This document shows positions 40,213-54,456 of a stretch of 64,000 nt of DNA, piece after piece. A model generated the notes under the pieces. The model was given only the letters and a program-made list of their open reading frames with translations, ran no database searches and was not told the DNA's origin. Within the stretch, counting starts at the first letter, position 1, and each line of letters opens with the position of its first letter. Position numbers and translations under genes: made by a program. Source of the DNA: Negaprion brevirostris (lineage: Eukaryota); contig JARDVH010000130.1 of assembly GCA_030324005.1 (NCBI GenBank), positions 33,468,734 to 33,532,733 of the forward strand, given 5' to 3'.

Positions 40213-41522
40213 AGAGACATAGGACATCCATGTAACAAAGAATCCTTTGAGTAGACCCTGTGACAACATAGCATATAATGAATACTGCACTGATGTGTCA
40301 AAAGTAGTAGATTGCATGCTCGAGTCTTTGAGGTGGGATGTGAACCTGGTAGGACAAGGGCAGCAGATGCATGAGAATGCTATCATCTGTAAGTTCCTCT
40401 CTAAACCACACACCATCCCACCATGCAACTGTGACACTGTTCCCTCCAAACCACACACCATCCTGCCTTGCAAATATATTGTTGTTCCTTCACTGTCACT
40501 GGATCCAAATCTATATGGGCTACAGTGTTTTTGGAAGGTGGCTCACCACCAGTTCTTACAGGCAAATAGGGGTGAGCAACAAATGTTAGCCTTTCCAGCA
40601 ATGCCCATACCCCACTTTTGATTTCAAAGAGCAAGAGAAATACCAACTCAGCCAAAAGCATAAGAAAATATTCTCCATTTCTTAGGCTTCTTAAACCAAA
40701 GTCTACAGACAGTTTCACAGCCCACAATTTCTCATCAGCCTGTCAGAAGCAGTTGAGCTGCCTGACCCAGAAACTACTGAGAAATCCACACTGCTGGCAG
40801 AGCCTGGTATTGAACGGGTGGGTAGCTCCACAGCAGCCAATTTAAAGTGAGCTTTCTTTGCCTCTCACCCAAATAACTTGACCATGAGGCTCAACAGCTA
40901 AATATGAGCCTATCTTCAGCTAATGTCCACACACAGACACAGTACAGCTGGGAATCACAAGACAGTGATCGGAAATATGATCTGGGCTGTTTAAGTTAAC
41001 ATTGCAATCTTATCCCTCGAAAACAGATATACTTAGAACAAATATTACTCTCTCTCTCTCTCAACTTCCTCTTCTCTTTGTTTTGGGAAAAGTGAACTTC
41101 AAGTCAGGCTGATGAAAATCTTTAAGATTATGAAGGAGCAAGTTACTCACTGTGTCGGAGTCCCAAGAGACACAAGTTAAAAATTAATTTGGAATAAAAA
41201 AGGCAAATCATTTCCACACAAATATTCACAAAGCCATGGAATAAGTAACACGAGGAAGACTGGAGAATAAGTGGTGAAAGATTATTTCCAATGGGGCATG
41301 AATTCAAGAATAGCACCAAAAACATAAAGAAGGGACAGAAAGAGTAAATGGAATATATTACAAGTGCCTTGAAGCAAAGTCAATTTGCATTTAGTGGAGA
41401 AAATGAATAATAAAATAATTTAAAAAGGTATGAGGAAAGAAACAGCTCAGTTCAATGGGGAGCAACACAATGTTCAAAAAAGCAATGAGCTTTCCAGAAT
41501 TTTATAACTGTATTTTACTTAC

Positions 41523-41614
41523 GGATCTACACTTTTTGCAATGGATGCCATGATGAACAGGACAGCTTCAGTGATCTCCCAGGATGGCCCACTGTCTTTC
41601 AGTGTGGAATAAAG
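41523..41614 (-). CDS. TNPO3: Transportin-3 exon 10 (92 nt)
   Basis: [31 protein letters not shown]; less common AAG acceptor (TTCTAAG), GTAAGT donor. Confidence 0.95.
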
Positions 41615-42021
41615 CTTAGAAGATGAATAAGACAATTCAATATCATGAAATAGAAATTTACAAAAAAATGCTTTTAGAATTTGGAACAGTAGGTCATTAA
41701 ACCCCTTGAGCCTCTTCCACCAGTCAATTAGAATGTATTTCAACTCTAATTATTTCACCACTTGAAAAAAATGAAATGGATCAAAGGCATTTTGCCCNNN
41801 NNNNNNNATTTGTTCTAATCTATCATAGAATCTAGTCACCAATTTAATCATCTTCTACATGCAAATCTAGACTAGAACCCTCCTAGACTTCTGCATTACT
41901 CCTATCCTCAATTTCTTTTAACCCACTTCTTTGCTTTCCTTTGTCTCAGCTCCAAAATCCCCTCTAAATCTCTCTGCCTCTTTCTTTTCCTTTAAAATTT
42001 ACCTTGCTCCTTAAAATGTAC

Positions 42022-42935
42022 TGTTGGGAAAAATCATGCATTTCAAAACTATATTTTTTTTACATATGGAAAGTTATTGTTTTATCTGGACACTTGGATG
42101 CTGACCTGGAGTNNNNNNNNNNNNNNNNNNNNNNNNNNNNNNNNNNNNNNNNNNNNNNNNNNNNNNNNNNNNNNNNNNNNNNNNNNNNNNNNNNNNNNNN
42201 NNNNNNNNNNNNNNNNNNNNNNNNNNNNNNNNNNNNNNNNNNNNNNNNNNNNNNNNNNNNNNNNNNNNNNNNNNNNTGAGCTAATCTTTACATTTTGACC
42301 CTATTGATTTTGAAGTCAGTCTTGTTGGGGAATAAGCTGAAAAAGGCTACCCTACCAGACTCGTTCTCTGCCTTGTCTGAAATTGGGCATGGCTCTCAAC
42401 CTACTGCCAGAGAATCTTTATCTGCGTGTAACTTGTCTGCATTTGGACCTGCAAAGATGAGACAAGAAGAATTGATCCCGCCCTATGTTCTCCACTACTC
42501 CGAAGTCCCATTGGTGAAAACTTCCAAGACTATAGGCCCAACTTCACATGATGGAATTCTACATCGACAACATAGATATCCTGCTAACTTTATCCTGATA
42601 CTCTAATGCTCATCTCTACAGAGAGACCCTATCTGTTTGTCCTTTGTTAATTTTTGCACACACTTTGGGGGGGGATTTTTAAGAGATAAATAGTTATACT
42701 TTCAGAGTACAATGTGTGTTAACCAATTCTTGAAAATGGTTAAAGAAAGTTTTGTTTTATAATAAACAATTACTCCGAGTTTATTGAAAGAAGCCTGGCT
42801 AAAGTCCCTTTTATTCTGGGTACCTGTAGATAAGGTAAACAATTGGCGATTTTGGTGAGTAAATTAAACATTTAAATTAACCTGTAGAGTAGTGGTCTAA
42901 ATATTACACACACTCATTCCATCTCAGAAGTAACA
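42022..42935 (+). mobile_element. Probable solo LTR inserted in an L2 tail
   Basis: TGTTG...TAACA termini, AATAAA near 42761; L2 tail resumes afterwards (caagcttctggtcacctg); TSD poorly preserved; contains a gap. Confidence 0.5.
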
Positions 42936-43786
42936 GTCTCTCATCAAGCTTCTGGTCACCTGCACTAAAATTTCCTTTCTTCGCTCACTGTCAGTTTTTA
43001 CCTGATTACACTCCTGTGAAGTACCTTGAGATATTTTACCATGTTAAAGGTACTATATAAATGTAGGTATCTGTTATTCCAACATTAACTCCATTCATCT
43101 ACTTAATCTCCTTCCATTGCCCACGCATATGCTACCTTATCACAGACTCTATTCACCCAGTGTTTTTATAAACAAATACAAACTCTCTGAAAACACANNN
43201 NNNNNNNNNNNNNNNNNNNNNNNNNNNNNNNNNNNNNNNNNNNNNNNNNNNNNNNNNNNNNNNNNNNNNNNNNNNNNNNNNNNNNNNNNNNNNNNNNNNN
43301 NNNNNNNNNNNNNNNNNNNNNNNNNNNNNNNNNNNNCGTAATGTTCTATGTTCTATACCTTACAGGAGATTTTTGTTTAGTTTTAATTAAATGTTCTGAC
43401 ACATGCCAATTTAGTTCCACTGATGGCAGCCTTTCAGCAGTGTCTCACCACTGCATCTTTCATGCAAGAGCCAGATGCTAGTTGAGACAGAGAAAAATCG
43501 ATCAGGGTTTGTCTACTTATTGTTATCCAATGACCTACAGACAGGACAAATCTGGACATCTGGCAAGGACAGGTTCAGCCACAATGGCTCAACAGCCAAA
43601 TAGCCATACTGTTATGATCTTGATTGACAGATGAGGGGGAAAGCAATCGACAAAATTACTGCAGAGCTTGCAGCAATTATCAAACCTTGTTCTAGCACAA
43701 GTCAGAAGTCAAATCTAAAACACGCGCACCATTTTTCATTTAAATTTTGATCCACGTTCAGATTCTTTCTGAGCCTCGTTTCTCAC

Positions 43787-43894
43787 CTGTGTGAAACATT
43801 CCATCGAACCAACCAGGAATATCACATCCTTCACAAGATCAGACACTCTCATCCGGAACTCCCCAAAGTCATCGGAGTCTTCTGGAATTCCATC
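43787..43894 (-). CDS. TNPO3: Transportin-3 exon 9 (108 nt)
   Basis: [36 protein letters not shown]; TTGCAG / GTGAGA. Confidence 0.96.
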
Positions 43895-45160
43895 CTGCAA
43901 ATAAGAGTTAGCACACGGCTTTAAACCAATAAAGGTGCTTATGAGGTTATTGTAAACAAGCTAATTACTTGGAGTACGGTCACAGGACTAAAGGTCACAT
44001 ACATAAAATTCATAAGTTTTCACTAGGGCAAAAGAAAGATAGAAAATCCTCAATTCATTCTTGTAGGATAATGAATGAGTGTAATAATTGCCAAGAATAG
44101 GGATTCAGGGTTGAGTGCTACCACAAAAAAGGAGCTAAACCAATATTTTCAAAGGAGGGGAACTAAAGAAGTGAAAGATATTGACAGCACTGTTTAAATG
44201 TTTTTCACTCAATCTTCTTCCATAGATTATGTACAAATCTACCTTATCATAAGTCAAAAAGACTCTATCCACCAATTTAATCTCCTTATATATCCACATA
44301 GTACACATTACCCCATTGTAAACTCAATTCCACCTATTTAATCTCCTTCCAGAGCTCACACACACTCTTATCCTCTAGCAGACTATATCCATTTCATCTT
44401 CTGAAATTCTATATAATTACCTTTTATCATAAAAGTAATGAAGAAAAAAAAAATCAGATTATTTGTCCATCCTGTATTTCAACTGTTTAGACCGACCTGC
44501 TGCCCCTTCAGGTTTTCTTATTTGCAGTTGCATGTGAACCACAGAGCCTAGTAAAATATTTAGCTCACTTTCATTGGGGGCAGACGTTAGCAGCTGGTGA
44601 GACTGGCATCCCCCTCAATGGCTGTCACCTGATAGTGCCCAGTCAAAGAAGTTGCTACTCACTGTTTCGCTGCATGGGTCAGGGTATTGTCCCCAAGGCG
44701 TTCATGTTTTTTTAATGCTGCATAATTCATTCCTGAGTCACGGAGACAAAAGTGTTCTGGACTTAGATCCATCAACACTGCTGAGACAACAGGTGATAGT
44801 TGGCATCAATCTTATGGGAAGGGGATGAAAAAGCACAAGATCAAGCTCAGCTTTGCTTTGATCAACCCTCAAGTGAACAGCACCTCCCTAAACATTACTG
44901 AGGCTCAGGGATAAAGGAAGCAATTTGGGAAAGACGCCAAGAGAGATGTACATTAACTAAATTATGCAGTTTCTTTTGTGCTGCAAAGATTCCATGTTTC
45001 TAAGTTACAAACATATCCTTCAATGTCACGGCAATCCATTTCTACTGGTTATGAACACAGACCAATATACCAATGGTCCATCAGCTAGATTCCACTAATA
45101 TCCCTTCTCAGGAGGCTAGTCTGGTTAGAAAGGTCATGAATAAATTCCTAAAAATCTTAC

Positions 45161-45307
45161 ATGATCTGGTTCTAACTGGCAATGCCGAGCCAGGGCGTGA
45201 AGCAACCGCTGAATGTATGGACGAAAGACAGCGTGACGTGATGGGTCATTAATTTTGTAGAGATGCTCTCCCAATCTGTACCAGAAATTAAAGCTGATCT
45301 CCGCTAC
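45161..45307 (-). CDS. TNPO3: Transportin-3 exon 8 (147 nt)
   Basis: [49 protein letters not shown]; GCAG / GTAAGA. Confidence 0.97.
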
Positions 45308-46275
45308 CTGCATAAACAGAAAGGATTCATAAACCAAAAAAAAAGGACAGTGCTGCTTAAATACAGTTTACCGTTTCTCTAAAAACGTATTTTAGACAAC
45401 ACAGAAAAACTAGTCAATGAGTTGCAGACATTATTTAAGAGGACTTACATTCCTCCTGACCATCACCAGGATGTCCTCCCTTCATTGTTTCATAGTGTTC
45501 CTAACCAGCACCAGTGAGAGTTTTGTCTAGGATTCCAAGACAATCTAGGCCTATAATTCAGAGCAGTGTTGAGTAATGCATTGTCGCCAGTGTCATCTTT
45601 CAGAAAAGGTGTTAAACATTGGCACAGGTCATCTATTTACATGAATGCAACTGACCCACTGGAGTAATTCAACAAAAGAACAATCAAGTTTTTCCTAAGT
45701 ACATTCGCAAACAACCTTAATTCAACTAAAAGTGGGATCTTTGGTCAGGGCTCACGTGCTATTTATGAGATCACACGTACTGCCCCTTGCCAGATCAACC
45801 AAATATACAGCATTAATTTTCCCAGCTTTACTGCAGCAACACCTCTCATGACTTCTCCACTATGTCTACGTTATCAGAAGCTTGTCTGACACCCAGCACT
45901 GAATGGGCAAAAGTTTCCTCCAATTAAATTTGTCAAGATTGAAGCCATTATTTTCTTCTCCCATTATAATCTCCATTTCCAACGCACCAACTCCATTGTT
46001 TACCCTGACATCTACCTGAGGCTGAACCAGACTGTAACCCCAAAATGAGCTTCTGATCACATATTGCGCCATCACCATCACTAAGATCTTTTAACATTCC
46101 CCGACTCAGCTAATCTGGTGGCAAAATTATCAACAGTACCCTTATTATCAATAGACTTGATTATTTCAACACCTTCTCACCAGCTTCTACTCTTTGTAAA
46201 ATTCAGGGCATTGAAAACGTCCACGTCCTTCCTCTCACCAAGTTCCATTCGCCACTGTGCTCATTAACCTACGTT

Positions 46276-49200
46276 GTCAGGCACTAAGGCCTCAGGAATG
46301 CCAAGAATGGCAAGATCTACCGTAACCTGTCAATTGTGGCTGTGGCAAACTTCATTAGTTGGACATTTAGCCATTTTAAATGTGCGTCAACCAGGATGAG
46401 GTACATATGTCCCATGAACAGTCTATGTGCAAACACGAGTATGGGTGGCCCAGCAACTCCCATGCATGCGTATTTGTTGGTGGCAGCAATGACGCTGGGT
46501 CTGACACCTTGGGCACTCGCTGACCATTCTTTCAATCTCCTTGTTGATGCCAGGCCACCAGACATAGCTTCAGGCCAGTGCCTTCATCCTGATCTGCCAG
46601 GGTGTACATAATGCAACTCCTGTAGTAAAAGCTAATAGCCCTGCAGTGGCACTGAATCACGAGCCGTCCACACTAACATGCCATCCTCAAATGTTATCTC
46701 CATCCTATGCTGTAGATAGAGTCCGATCTGCTCCAATTTATGACAGTGTAGCACCAGCTTCATAACTTTGGACAGCAATGGATCCCGCTCGGTCAAGGCA
46801 ACTAAAACCTGCAATATCTCTGGTAGGTGCAATGCCAACACTATTACTTGTGGAACAGGTGGTAATGGTATAGTTTGCTGCAGAGAGAGGTGGCTGAGTG
46901 CATCCATGTTCAAAATTTGTGCCTCTGGTCTATATTGGAAGCAGCAGTTGTATGTAGCCAACAACACGGCACATCTCTGTACTCTCACAGAGGCAATCAA
47001 CGGCACAGGCTTAATCGCTCCGAATAGTCCTAACAGTGGCCTGTGACCTNNNNNNNNNNNNNNNNNNNNNNNNNNNNNNNNNNNNNNNNNNNNNNNNNNN
47101 NNNNNNNNNNNNNNNNNNNNNNNNNNNNNNNNNNNNNNNNNNNNNNNNNNNNNNNNNNNNNNNNNNNNNNNNNNNNNNNNNNNNNNNNNNNNNNNNNNNN
47201 NNNNNNNNNNNNNNNNNNNNNNNNNNNNNNNNNNNNNNNNNNNNNNNNNNNNNNNNNNNNNNNNNNNNNNNNNNNNNNNNNNNNNNNNNNNNNNNNNNNN
47301 NNNNNNNNNNNNNNNNNNNNNNNNNNNNNNNNNNNNNNNNNNNNNNNNNNNNNNNNNNNNNNNNNNNNNNNNNNNNNNNNNNNNNNNNNNNNNNNNNNNN
47401 NNNNNNNNNNNNNNNNNNNNNNNNNNNNNNNNNNNNNNNNNNNNNNNNNNNNNNNNNNNNNNNNNNNNNNNNNNNNNNNNNNNNNNNNNNNNNNNNNNNN
47501 NNNNNNNNNNNNNNNNNNNNNNNNNNNNNNNNNNNNNNNNNNNNNNNNNNNNNNNNNNNNNNNNNNNNNNNNNNNNNNNNNNNNNNNNNNNNNNNNNNNN
47601 NNNNNNNNNNNNNNNNNNNNNNNNNNNNNNNNNNNNNNNNNNNNNNNNNNNNNNNNNNNNNNNNNNNNNNNNNNNNNNNNNNNNNNNNNNNNNNNNNNNN
47701 NNNNNNNNNNNNNNNNNNNNNNNNNNNNNNNNNNNNNNNNNNNNNNNNNNNNNNNNNNNNNNNNNNNNNNNNNNNNNNNNNNNNNNNNNNNNNNNNNNNN
47801 NNNNNNNNNNNNNNNNNNNNNNNNNNNNNNNNNNNNNNNNNNNNNNNNNNNNNNNNNNNNNNNNNNTACCACCACTTTGGGAATTCCCTGCAACAAACTT
47901 TCCATAATGCGTTGGAAAATGGTGCAGGCTGATGAGACCCCAAATGACAGATAATTGTATTGATTTAACACCTTTTGTGGGTGTTAATGGTGACCAACTT
48001 TTGAGCATCCTCATCAAGTTCCAGCTGCTGGTATGAATGAATGATTAATTTGATGTACTTTAGGCCTCTTGTTAATTTTGTATTAAGGTTTATTATTCTT
48101 GGAATGCGGTATCAATCTATCTGGGCTCCTCGCAGTTAACTTATAGTCTCCACAGAGTCTCAGTGTGATCTAGCTTCAAAATAGAAACTATAGGTGCAGC
48201 CCATTCAGAAAACTGCACTGGTTTTATGACACCCCAAGTTTTCCAATCTTTGTAACTTCCACTTTTTGATGAAGTGCATAAAGCACAGGGTGGGCTCGAA
48301 AGGAATTAGGTCTGGCATCAAGGTTCAAGTAAATTTTTGCTTTTGCCTCTTTTATGCAATGCAGTTTCTTCTGGAAAATTGAGGTATCTGCACAGAAGCT
48401 CTTGAAAACCTCCATCCCTGTCATTCAATATTGCCAGCTTAGCTTCTTACAGTGTTTACCCCAGTCCAACGCCGGCATCTCCACATCATTCAATAGCTCC
48501 AGCCAGTCCAATTTTATCCGTTTCAACCAGTCTCGACCCATGAGACAAGGTCTGTGACCCTCAATCACGAGAACTGGTAACTGTGCTGCCTGGTTCCTGT
48601 AAGATACAAGTGTTGTATCTGTCCCTATTGTCTTCAGCATCTCTCCTGTATAGTTTGATAAAATGGCCTTGGAACAACTCAACCTCATAGGCTGCAGTCC
48701 TTTCTGGAGGTTTCCGAATGCTTGTTCACTTACAACTGAGACCGTGGCTCAGTCTGCAGGGGTCTGCCACTGACCATTAGGTTTATCTCAACTGGTACCT
48801 TGTTAAGTTGGACCTGGTTTAATGCATTAAGTTCAGATTCCTTGTTAGGCTCATCAGCCTGTTCGTTTAACGTTGTTGCCTTAACCGTCTTTTTTGTGTG
48901 TTCTGTCCTGCCTCCTTTGTTGTTCACCAAGCCCGCAAATGACCCTTTTGCTTGCAGCAAAGTCTATAATTTTTGACCCGGCACAAAACCTGGGAGTGTT
49001 CTCCCCCACATCCAAAGCATGCTTCCATCCTTGATGTACTACTCCTTTTGGGATGTGCTGCACCATCACAGCTGCTCCTCACAGACATTCCCCACCACAA
49101 ATGTCTCATCTTGTTCTTCATTCATGCCATGTTCAGTGCATTCAGTCACCTGAGCCATCTCTACAGCTCTTCCAAGGAAATTTTAGTCGCAGCCAGTAGG

Positions 49201-50551
49201 TTTTTTTGCATAATGAGGCTGCTGATCCAAAGAACAAATGGTCTCTCAACATCTCCCCTAAAGCTGGGCAGAAACCATAGTGCACTGTTAAACATAGCAA
49301 TCTGGCCTTGGACCTGAACACCGTCTCCCCAGTTCCCTCACAGAATGAATCTTATACTTTAACATGGTGTTTGAAGATTGGGATTTAAAATGGATCAGTT
49401 CCACTATTTGATCAAAAGACTATGTGACTGGAGCTTCAGGTGATGTTAGGCTCATCAGCAGGCTGTAGATTTGTGGGCCATAAACTGAAAGTTCTATTAA
49501 CTTCTGCTTTTCCACCGCACTGATCTCATCAGTCACAAAGAAGTAACACACCTTTTGATATATTGCCTGAGTCTCAACTTCCAGGTTAAATGACTCTACC
49601 TTCCTGATTAAGGATGCCAGTATCTTTCTCCTCTTGACTTCAATTATCACTTTCCTCCCCCTCTAACCGCATGCTGCAGTCTTCCAGTCAGTTGCGCAGA
49701 TTTTCCCTCATTACAAGTGTAAAAGATTGAAGGTGACTTGATGTGGCTCCAACACCAAGAAAGCTTTATAAAACTATAATAACTATTTACACATTAAGGG
49801 TCTGACAGAACAAATGCACAGATCTATTTGCTTCTCCTCCCTAGTTCCAATTGAGGTCCGTCCAGTCCCAGGACTTACGCCCTCGCTCGCAATTGGTCCA
49901 GCTCTCCGCACCTCAGTTCCATAGTGTCTGTCCCAATGACGTGGCCGACGTAGGATTGCCCCTTAAAGGGCAATTTTTTATTATAGTTAAGAAAGCCCAC
50001 CAATGCCTCTACTTTCTTAGAAGACTAAGGAGATTTGGCTTGTCAGCTACAACTCTCACCAAGTTCTACCATAGAAAGCATTCTTTCTGGTTGCATCACA
50101 GCTTGGTATGGATCCTGCTCTGTCCAAGACCGCAAGAAACTACAAAAGGTCACGAATGTAGTCCAATCCATCAGTCAAACCAGCCATCCATCCATTGACT
50201 GCCTACATTTCCCACTGTCTCAACAAAGCAGCTAACATAATTAAGGACCCCATGCATCCCGAATATCCTCTCTTCCACCTTCTTCCATCAGGAAAAAGAC
50301 ACAAAAGTCTGAGTCATGTATCGACTGACTCAAGAACAGCTTCTTCCCTGCTGCATCAGACTTTTGAATGAACCTACCTTGCATTATGTTGATCTTTCTC
50401 TGCACCCTATGACTGTAAAACTACATTCTTCACTTTCTTGCTTCCTTCTCTATGAATGGTATGCTTTGTCTGTATAGTGCGCAAGAAACAATACTTTTCT
50501 CTGTATAGTAATACATGTGACAATAATAAATCAAATCAAATCGCATTATCA
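46276..50551 (-). mobile_element. Decayed Ty3/Gypsy LTR retrotransposon (5' LTR, gag, PR, RT, RNase H, part of IN; 3' end missing)
   Basis: gag (LSVYGPQIYSLLMSLTSPEAP; CFGCGGEH...C...GH zinc knuckles), protease (GRDWL), RT (YNYLSFGVSSACTIFQRIMESLLQGIPKVVV), RNase H (HRPLLGLF), integrase (FMGHMYLILVDAHLKW, ATIDRLR); frameshifts and stops. Confidence 0.9.
49984..50541 (+). mobile_element. Rex1/Babar LINE 3' end inserted in the Gypsy LTR
   Basis: KKAHQCLYFLRRLRRFGLSATTLTKFY / TIESILSGCITAWYG; tail aataaatcaaatcaaatc; partial reverse copy of the tail at about 35340-35500. Confidence 0.85.
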
Positions 50552-51455
50552 CACCATCCTAGCTTCCTTTCCTTATTTACTGCACTGTTTAAAAGCTAGC
50601 TTTTTGAACAAGCTTTTGGTTATCTATTCTGATACCTCCCTCTGTAGCTTGATACTAAACTTTGCATTATACATTCCTGTGAAATGCTCTGGGATATTAT
50701 GCTATGTTAAAGGCATCATACAAACATAGGGTGCTGTTGTTGTTCAATTCCTGTGATCATCCATGCTTGTGTTGATTCTTTATGTCATGCTAAGTTACCA
50801 ACGTCATAAAGATTATCTGGTCATTTATCTCATTGCTGCTGTGGGACCTTGTTATGTGCAAATTGGCTGCCATGTTTTCTATATCACAGCAGCGTCCACA
50901 TTTCAAAAGTACTTCACTGCCTGTAAAGCACTTCAGGCTGTCTCAGAGTAACGAAAGGCACGATATAAGTACAAGTTTGATCATTGGTAAGTACATATCT
51001 AAAACACACACACAAGGTTTTCTTCAAAATGAAGGGTTCAGATTTCCATGGTTAATTGTTTAATTGCTCCCCAGATTATGAAACTCGGTCACAAAGTCAG
51101 TCCTTGATTGTAGCAGGTTTGCTGAACTGAGCCAGGACAATGGGGAATGCACAAACATTTCATTGCCGAAAGTAGATTAGGAAAGTTCAGTAGATTCTCC
51201 CACCCAGCAATTCCCTGCTGAGGGCTGTCCAGCAGAGAAGACTGCATCAGGAGTGAATAAAGCTGAAAGCTCCAACACTGCACCCCCTTGTTCAACCAAG
51301 TCCCTTGACTGGAGAACAGAAGGGCAAGTGACACCAAGGAAATGTGCCCATCACAGGCCCCTGCCTTCTGAAGGGGATAATGCGACCCGTCAAAGCTGAT
51401 GCAGTAAAATCGTTAGGATCTGCCCACCATGATGCGACCAGGTCTCTCTCCCTAC

Positions 51456-51594
51456 CTCATACTGTGCATGCCCTGCACAAATCAGTAATAGTTCCAGTGT
51501 CCGCAGGTCTCCGAGCCCTTGCCCAGGGGTCTGTACGATTGTCTCTAGAAATGTCTCACACAATTCGGTAAAAATACGACAATAATTCAGAACC
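51456..51594 (-). CDS. TNPO3: Transportin-3 exon 7 (139 nt)
   Basis: [46 protein letters not shown]; TACAG / GTAGGG. Confidence 0.96.
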
Positions 51595-53102
51595 CTGTAC
51601 AGAGAAAGAATGACTAGAGATCAGAATGGAATGCAGAGTAAAATGTGATCCTTTCAGTTTCCTCCTTTAAAAAAAACCTTGATGCCCTATTAATTAACAA
51701 TGTTACATTGGATTAAATATTCAAAACATCAGCTCATGAGAGACGAAGCTTATCTCAAGCAGTTGGATGCTATGTTCTATTTGCTGCTAGGGTCTAGGGC
51801 AATGAGAATCAAGTTCCTGACTCCACTGATCCTGCCCAATTTAACTGAGGGGCTTGACGCATTTCAGAGGCAGGTTGACAGTCAATCATGTGGTGCAAGT
51901 CTGGAATCACTTACAAATCAGACCAGGTAAAAACAGACAGGTTGCCACCCCCACAAAAAAATGGCAGATTTCCTGTCTTCAGAAAAATCTGACAGCTTCT
52001 TCCCCTTATTTACTTCTCAGATTTTCTTTCTAAACTGAATACAAATTCTCAAAATGCCAAGGTGTATTTTGAAATCCCATTCGCTGAACTACAGTGCAGT
52101 CTCTGGATTGCTAGCCCAGTAATAATAGAATAAAAAACAAAACTGGCTCAGCAGAATGTGTGCAACCAATCTGCACAACCAAGCAGGAAAACATGAGATT
52201 AAACACATTGCTTATGCACATGACCAGAAAAGATCAATGAGAGAAGAGAGTTCATTTCAAATTGACTGAAGTTTATAAAAACAGTACTGGAACTGCAGAT
52301 CAGGTCAATCTGAATGAGAAGACAGGTTAGAGTTTCAGATGTCGTCTTTCCAAATTGGCTTGCTCATGTCCCTGTTTCTAGATCTGATGAAGGATCACCC
52401 AAAATGTAAAACTGCCTGTCACTTTAAACTGATGCAACAGCCCTCTATGTTCAGCCTCTGCCATTTTTATTTCAATTTTTAAACATTCAGATTGCTTCCC
52501 CTTTCATTCTCAACTTAAATTTAACCCCTTACTACATGTCTTTTTCTCAGTGCACTTTACTAAATAAGCCAAGTTCAGGAAAAATGGCATTTGGTGGTGC
52601 AGTGGACTGATTCAGAGGGGAGGTGATTGTGGAGTTTCACTGTATTGATAACAGCATCTGCTACTGTCAATTCCACTTCATATACATTACCACATTCAGC
52701 AATTGCTTTCGCAATTTCTCCCACCATCCTAATACTTTCCACCTTAGCCAAGGCAATCTCTATCAGTTTTATATTCCAGATCATACGCATCAGTGTATCA
52801 AATCTAACTGTGGGAGGCAGTGACAGCTCAATTGTAGCAATACTGGAACAAATCCCTCCAGAAGCGAGCCTCATGCTCCAAAGACTTGGGTAACATGACT
52901 TTTATAAGTCACCACAGCCTGCAACCTCTAGAACTTAGATACAGGAAAAAATTGCAAGTTTGCTTTTACTTGCCACTATGGCCAAAGCAAATCCACTCCA
53001 ATGTGCATCAGCATCATCCAATATCTAAGGAACAATGGAAGCTATGTTGCTATGTCACATTTTAACAGAGCCTTACAATGATTAAATTTACAAGATGCTT
53101 AC

Positions 53103-53278
53103 TTGTCAAGGTCCTCACGTGCCACAGCCATGTGATATGCAGATTCTAGAGTTAGCACACCCTGGAATAGGTGCAGAGCTAGAGGTAGGGTTGTCTCTAC
53201 ATTCTCAATGGCATATAACGCCGAACAGATACAGTCAGAAGCAGCCTCATGTAGGTTTGTCGAGGTATCATCACGTTG
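53103..53278 (-). CDS. TNPO3: Transportin-3 exon 6 (176 nt)
   Basis: [58 protein letters not shown](K); TTTCAG / GTAAG. Confidence 0.96.
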
Positions 53279-54312
53279 CTGAAATAGAAAGACACTCCAT
53301 CAGCATTGCTGGGTTAGCATGGGAGAAACCAGCCAGGAATTCCATTCTTGTTCAAAAAATAGTGACCCTCAATGTCAGTACAAGGCACAGACATGTTGTG
53401 TTACTGAGCTTAAGTCCATCACTTGCAATTGCAAACATTCATGACTTTAGCCAAGAAACAGAGGAATAAGTGAGAACAGAGCAATAAAAATGTCAAAGCT
53501 GCCTTAGAAGATAATAGAATAAGGGAGAACTTTTAACAACCAAAAAAAACATAAACAAAGTTTTGGTGTGGTATTTTTATTAGGTTATGGCTCCACTGGC
53601 ACTGGGTGCATTCCTGTAATATGCCAATAACCAGTCATCATGAAGGAGTCCAAAGAATTTAATGCCAGTGGGCCATTTGATTGACAAGCTGTTTAGACGC
53701 CTTCATTGCTGAATCGGGTCATACCTTCAGTTAATGTCTACACCCATTATTTCCCTGCGAGAGCCCCTGGACAGAAGTCAGGGACCATCCCTAACTCAAG
53801 GAAACTGAGGTCAATTGCAATAACAAACACATGCTCAAACTCAGATTGACTTCTGGCCAAAGATTAGGTTGGTTGGCCATGCTTTGCCCCCTAATGTCAG
53901 GGGATTAGCAGGGTAAATACATGGAGTCATGGGGATAGGGCCTGGGTGGGACTGTTGTCGGTGCGGGCTCGATAGGCCAAATGACCACCTTCTGCACGGT
54001 AGGGATTTTAAAGTCTTAAGCATTAGAATGCCCCGTTTCACAACTTCACGAAGTACTTCTCAGTGAACTTGTTTTTTTAGCTGCCTCACTGCAAACCCAT
54101 CGTCTTATCATGAGATATTGTTGTCTCTTCAAGTCCAATCATTAAACCATTATACACGTGAACTCATTCTTTTTTTATATATTGCTTGCTATGATAAAGT
54201 CATTATCAAACAGTAGAAATGGGGTTTCAGTTCAACATACACACATCCTTCAGACTTCCTGAACATCAGTGAGCCATGCAGAATACTGGACAGATAGCCC
54301 CAAAACACTCAC

Positions 54313-54456
54313 CAAAACCTGAAAAAGGATTAGTAGCAGTTGATTATTTGCCATGAAGTTGCTGTCCAATACACCAAGGTTAAACCAGCTTCCCAAGCAC
54401 CGGAACACCTTGATTAGAGTCTTTTCCTCATTGCCACTACGTTCTGTACAGGCTGT
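54313..54456 (-). CDS. TNPO3: Transportin-3 exon 5 (144 nt)
   Basis: Manually translated [48 protein letters not shown]; CCCCAG / GTGAGT. Confidence 0.96.

Noticed and set aside
52575-52893. Overlapping 66-99 aa ORFs in intron 6
   Set aside because: No recognisable domain or splice logic; exons 6 and 7 already join in frame.
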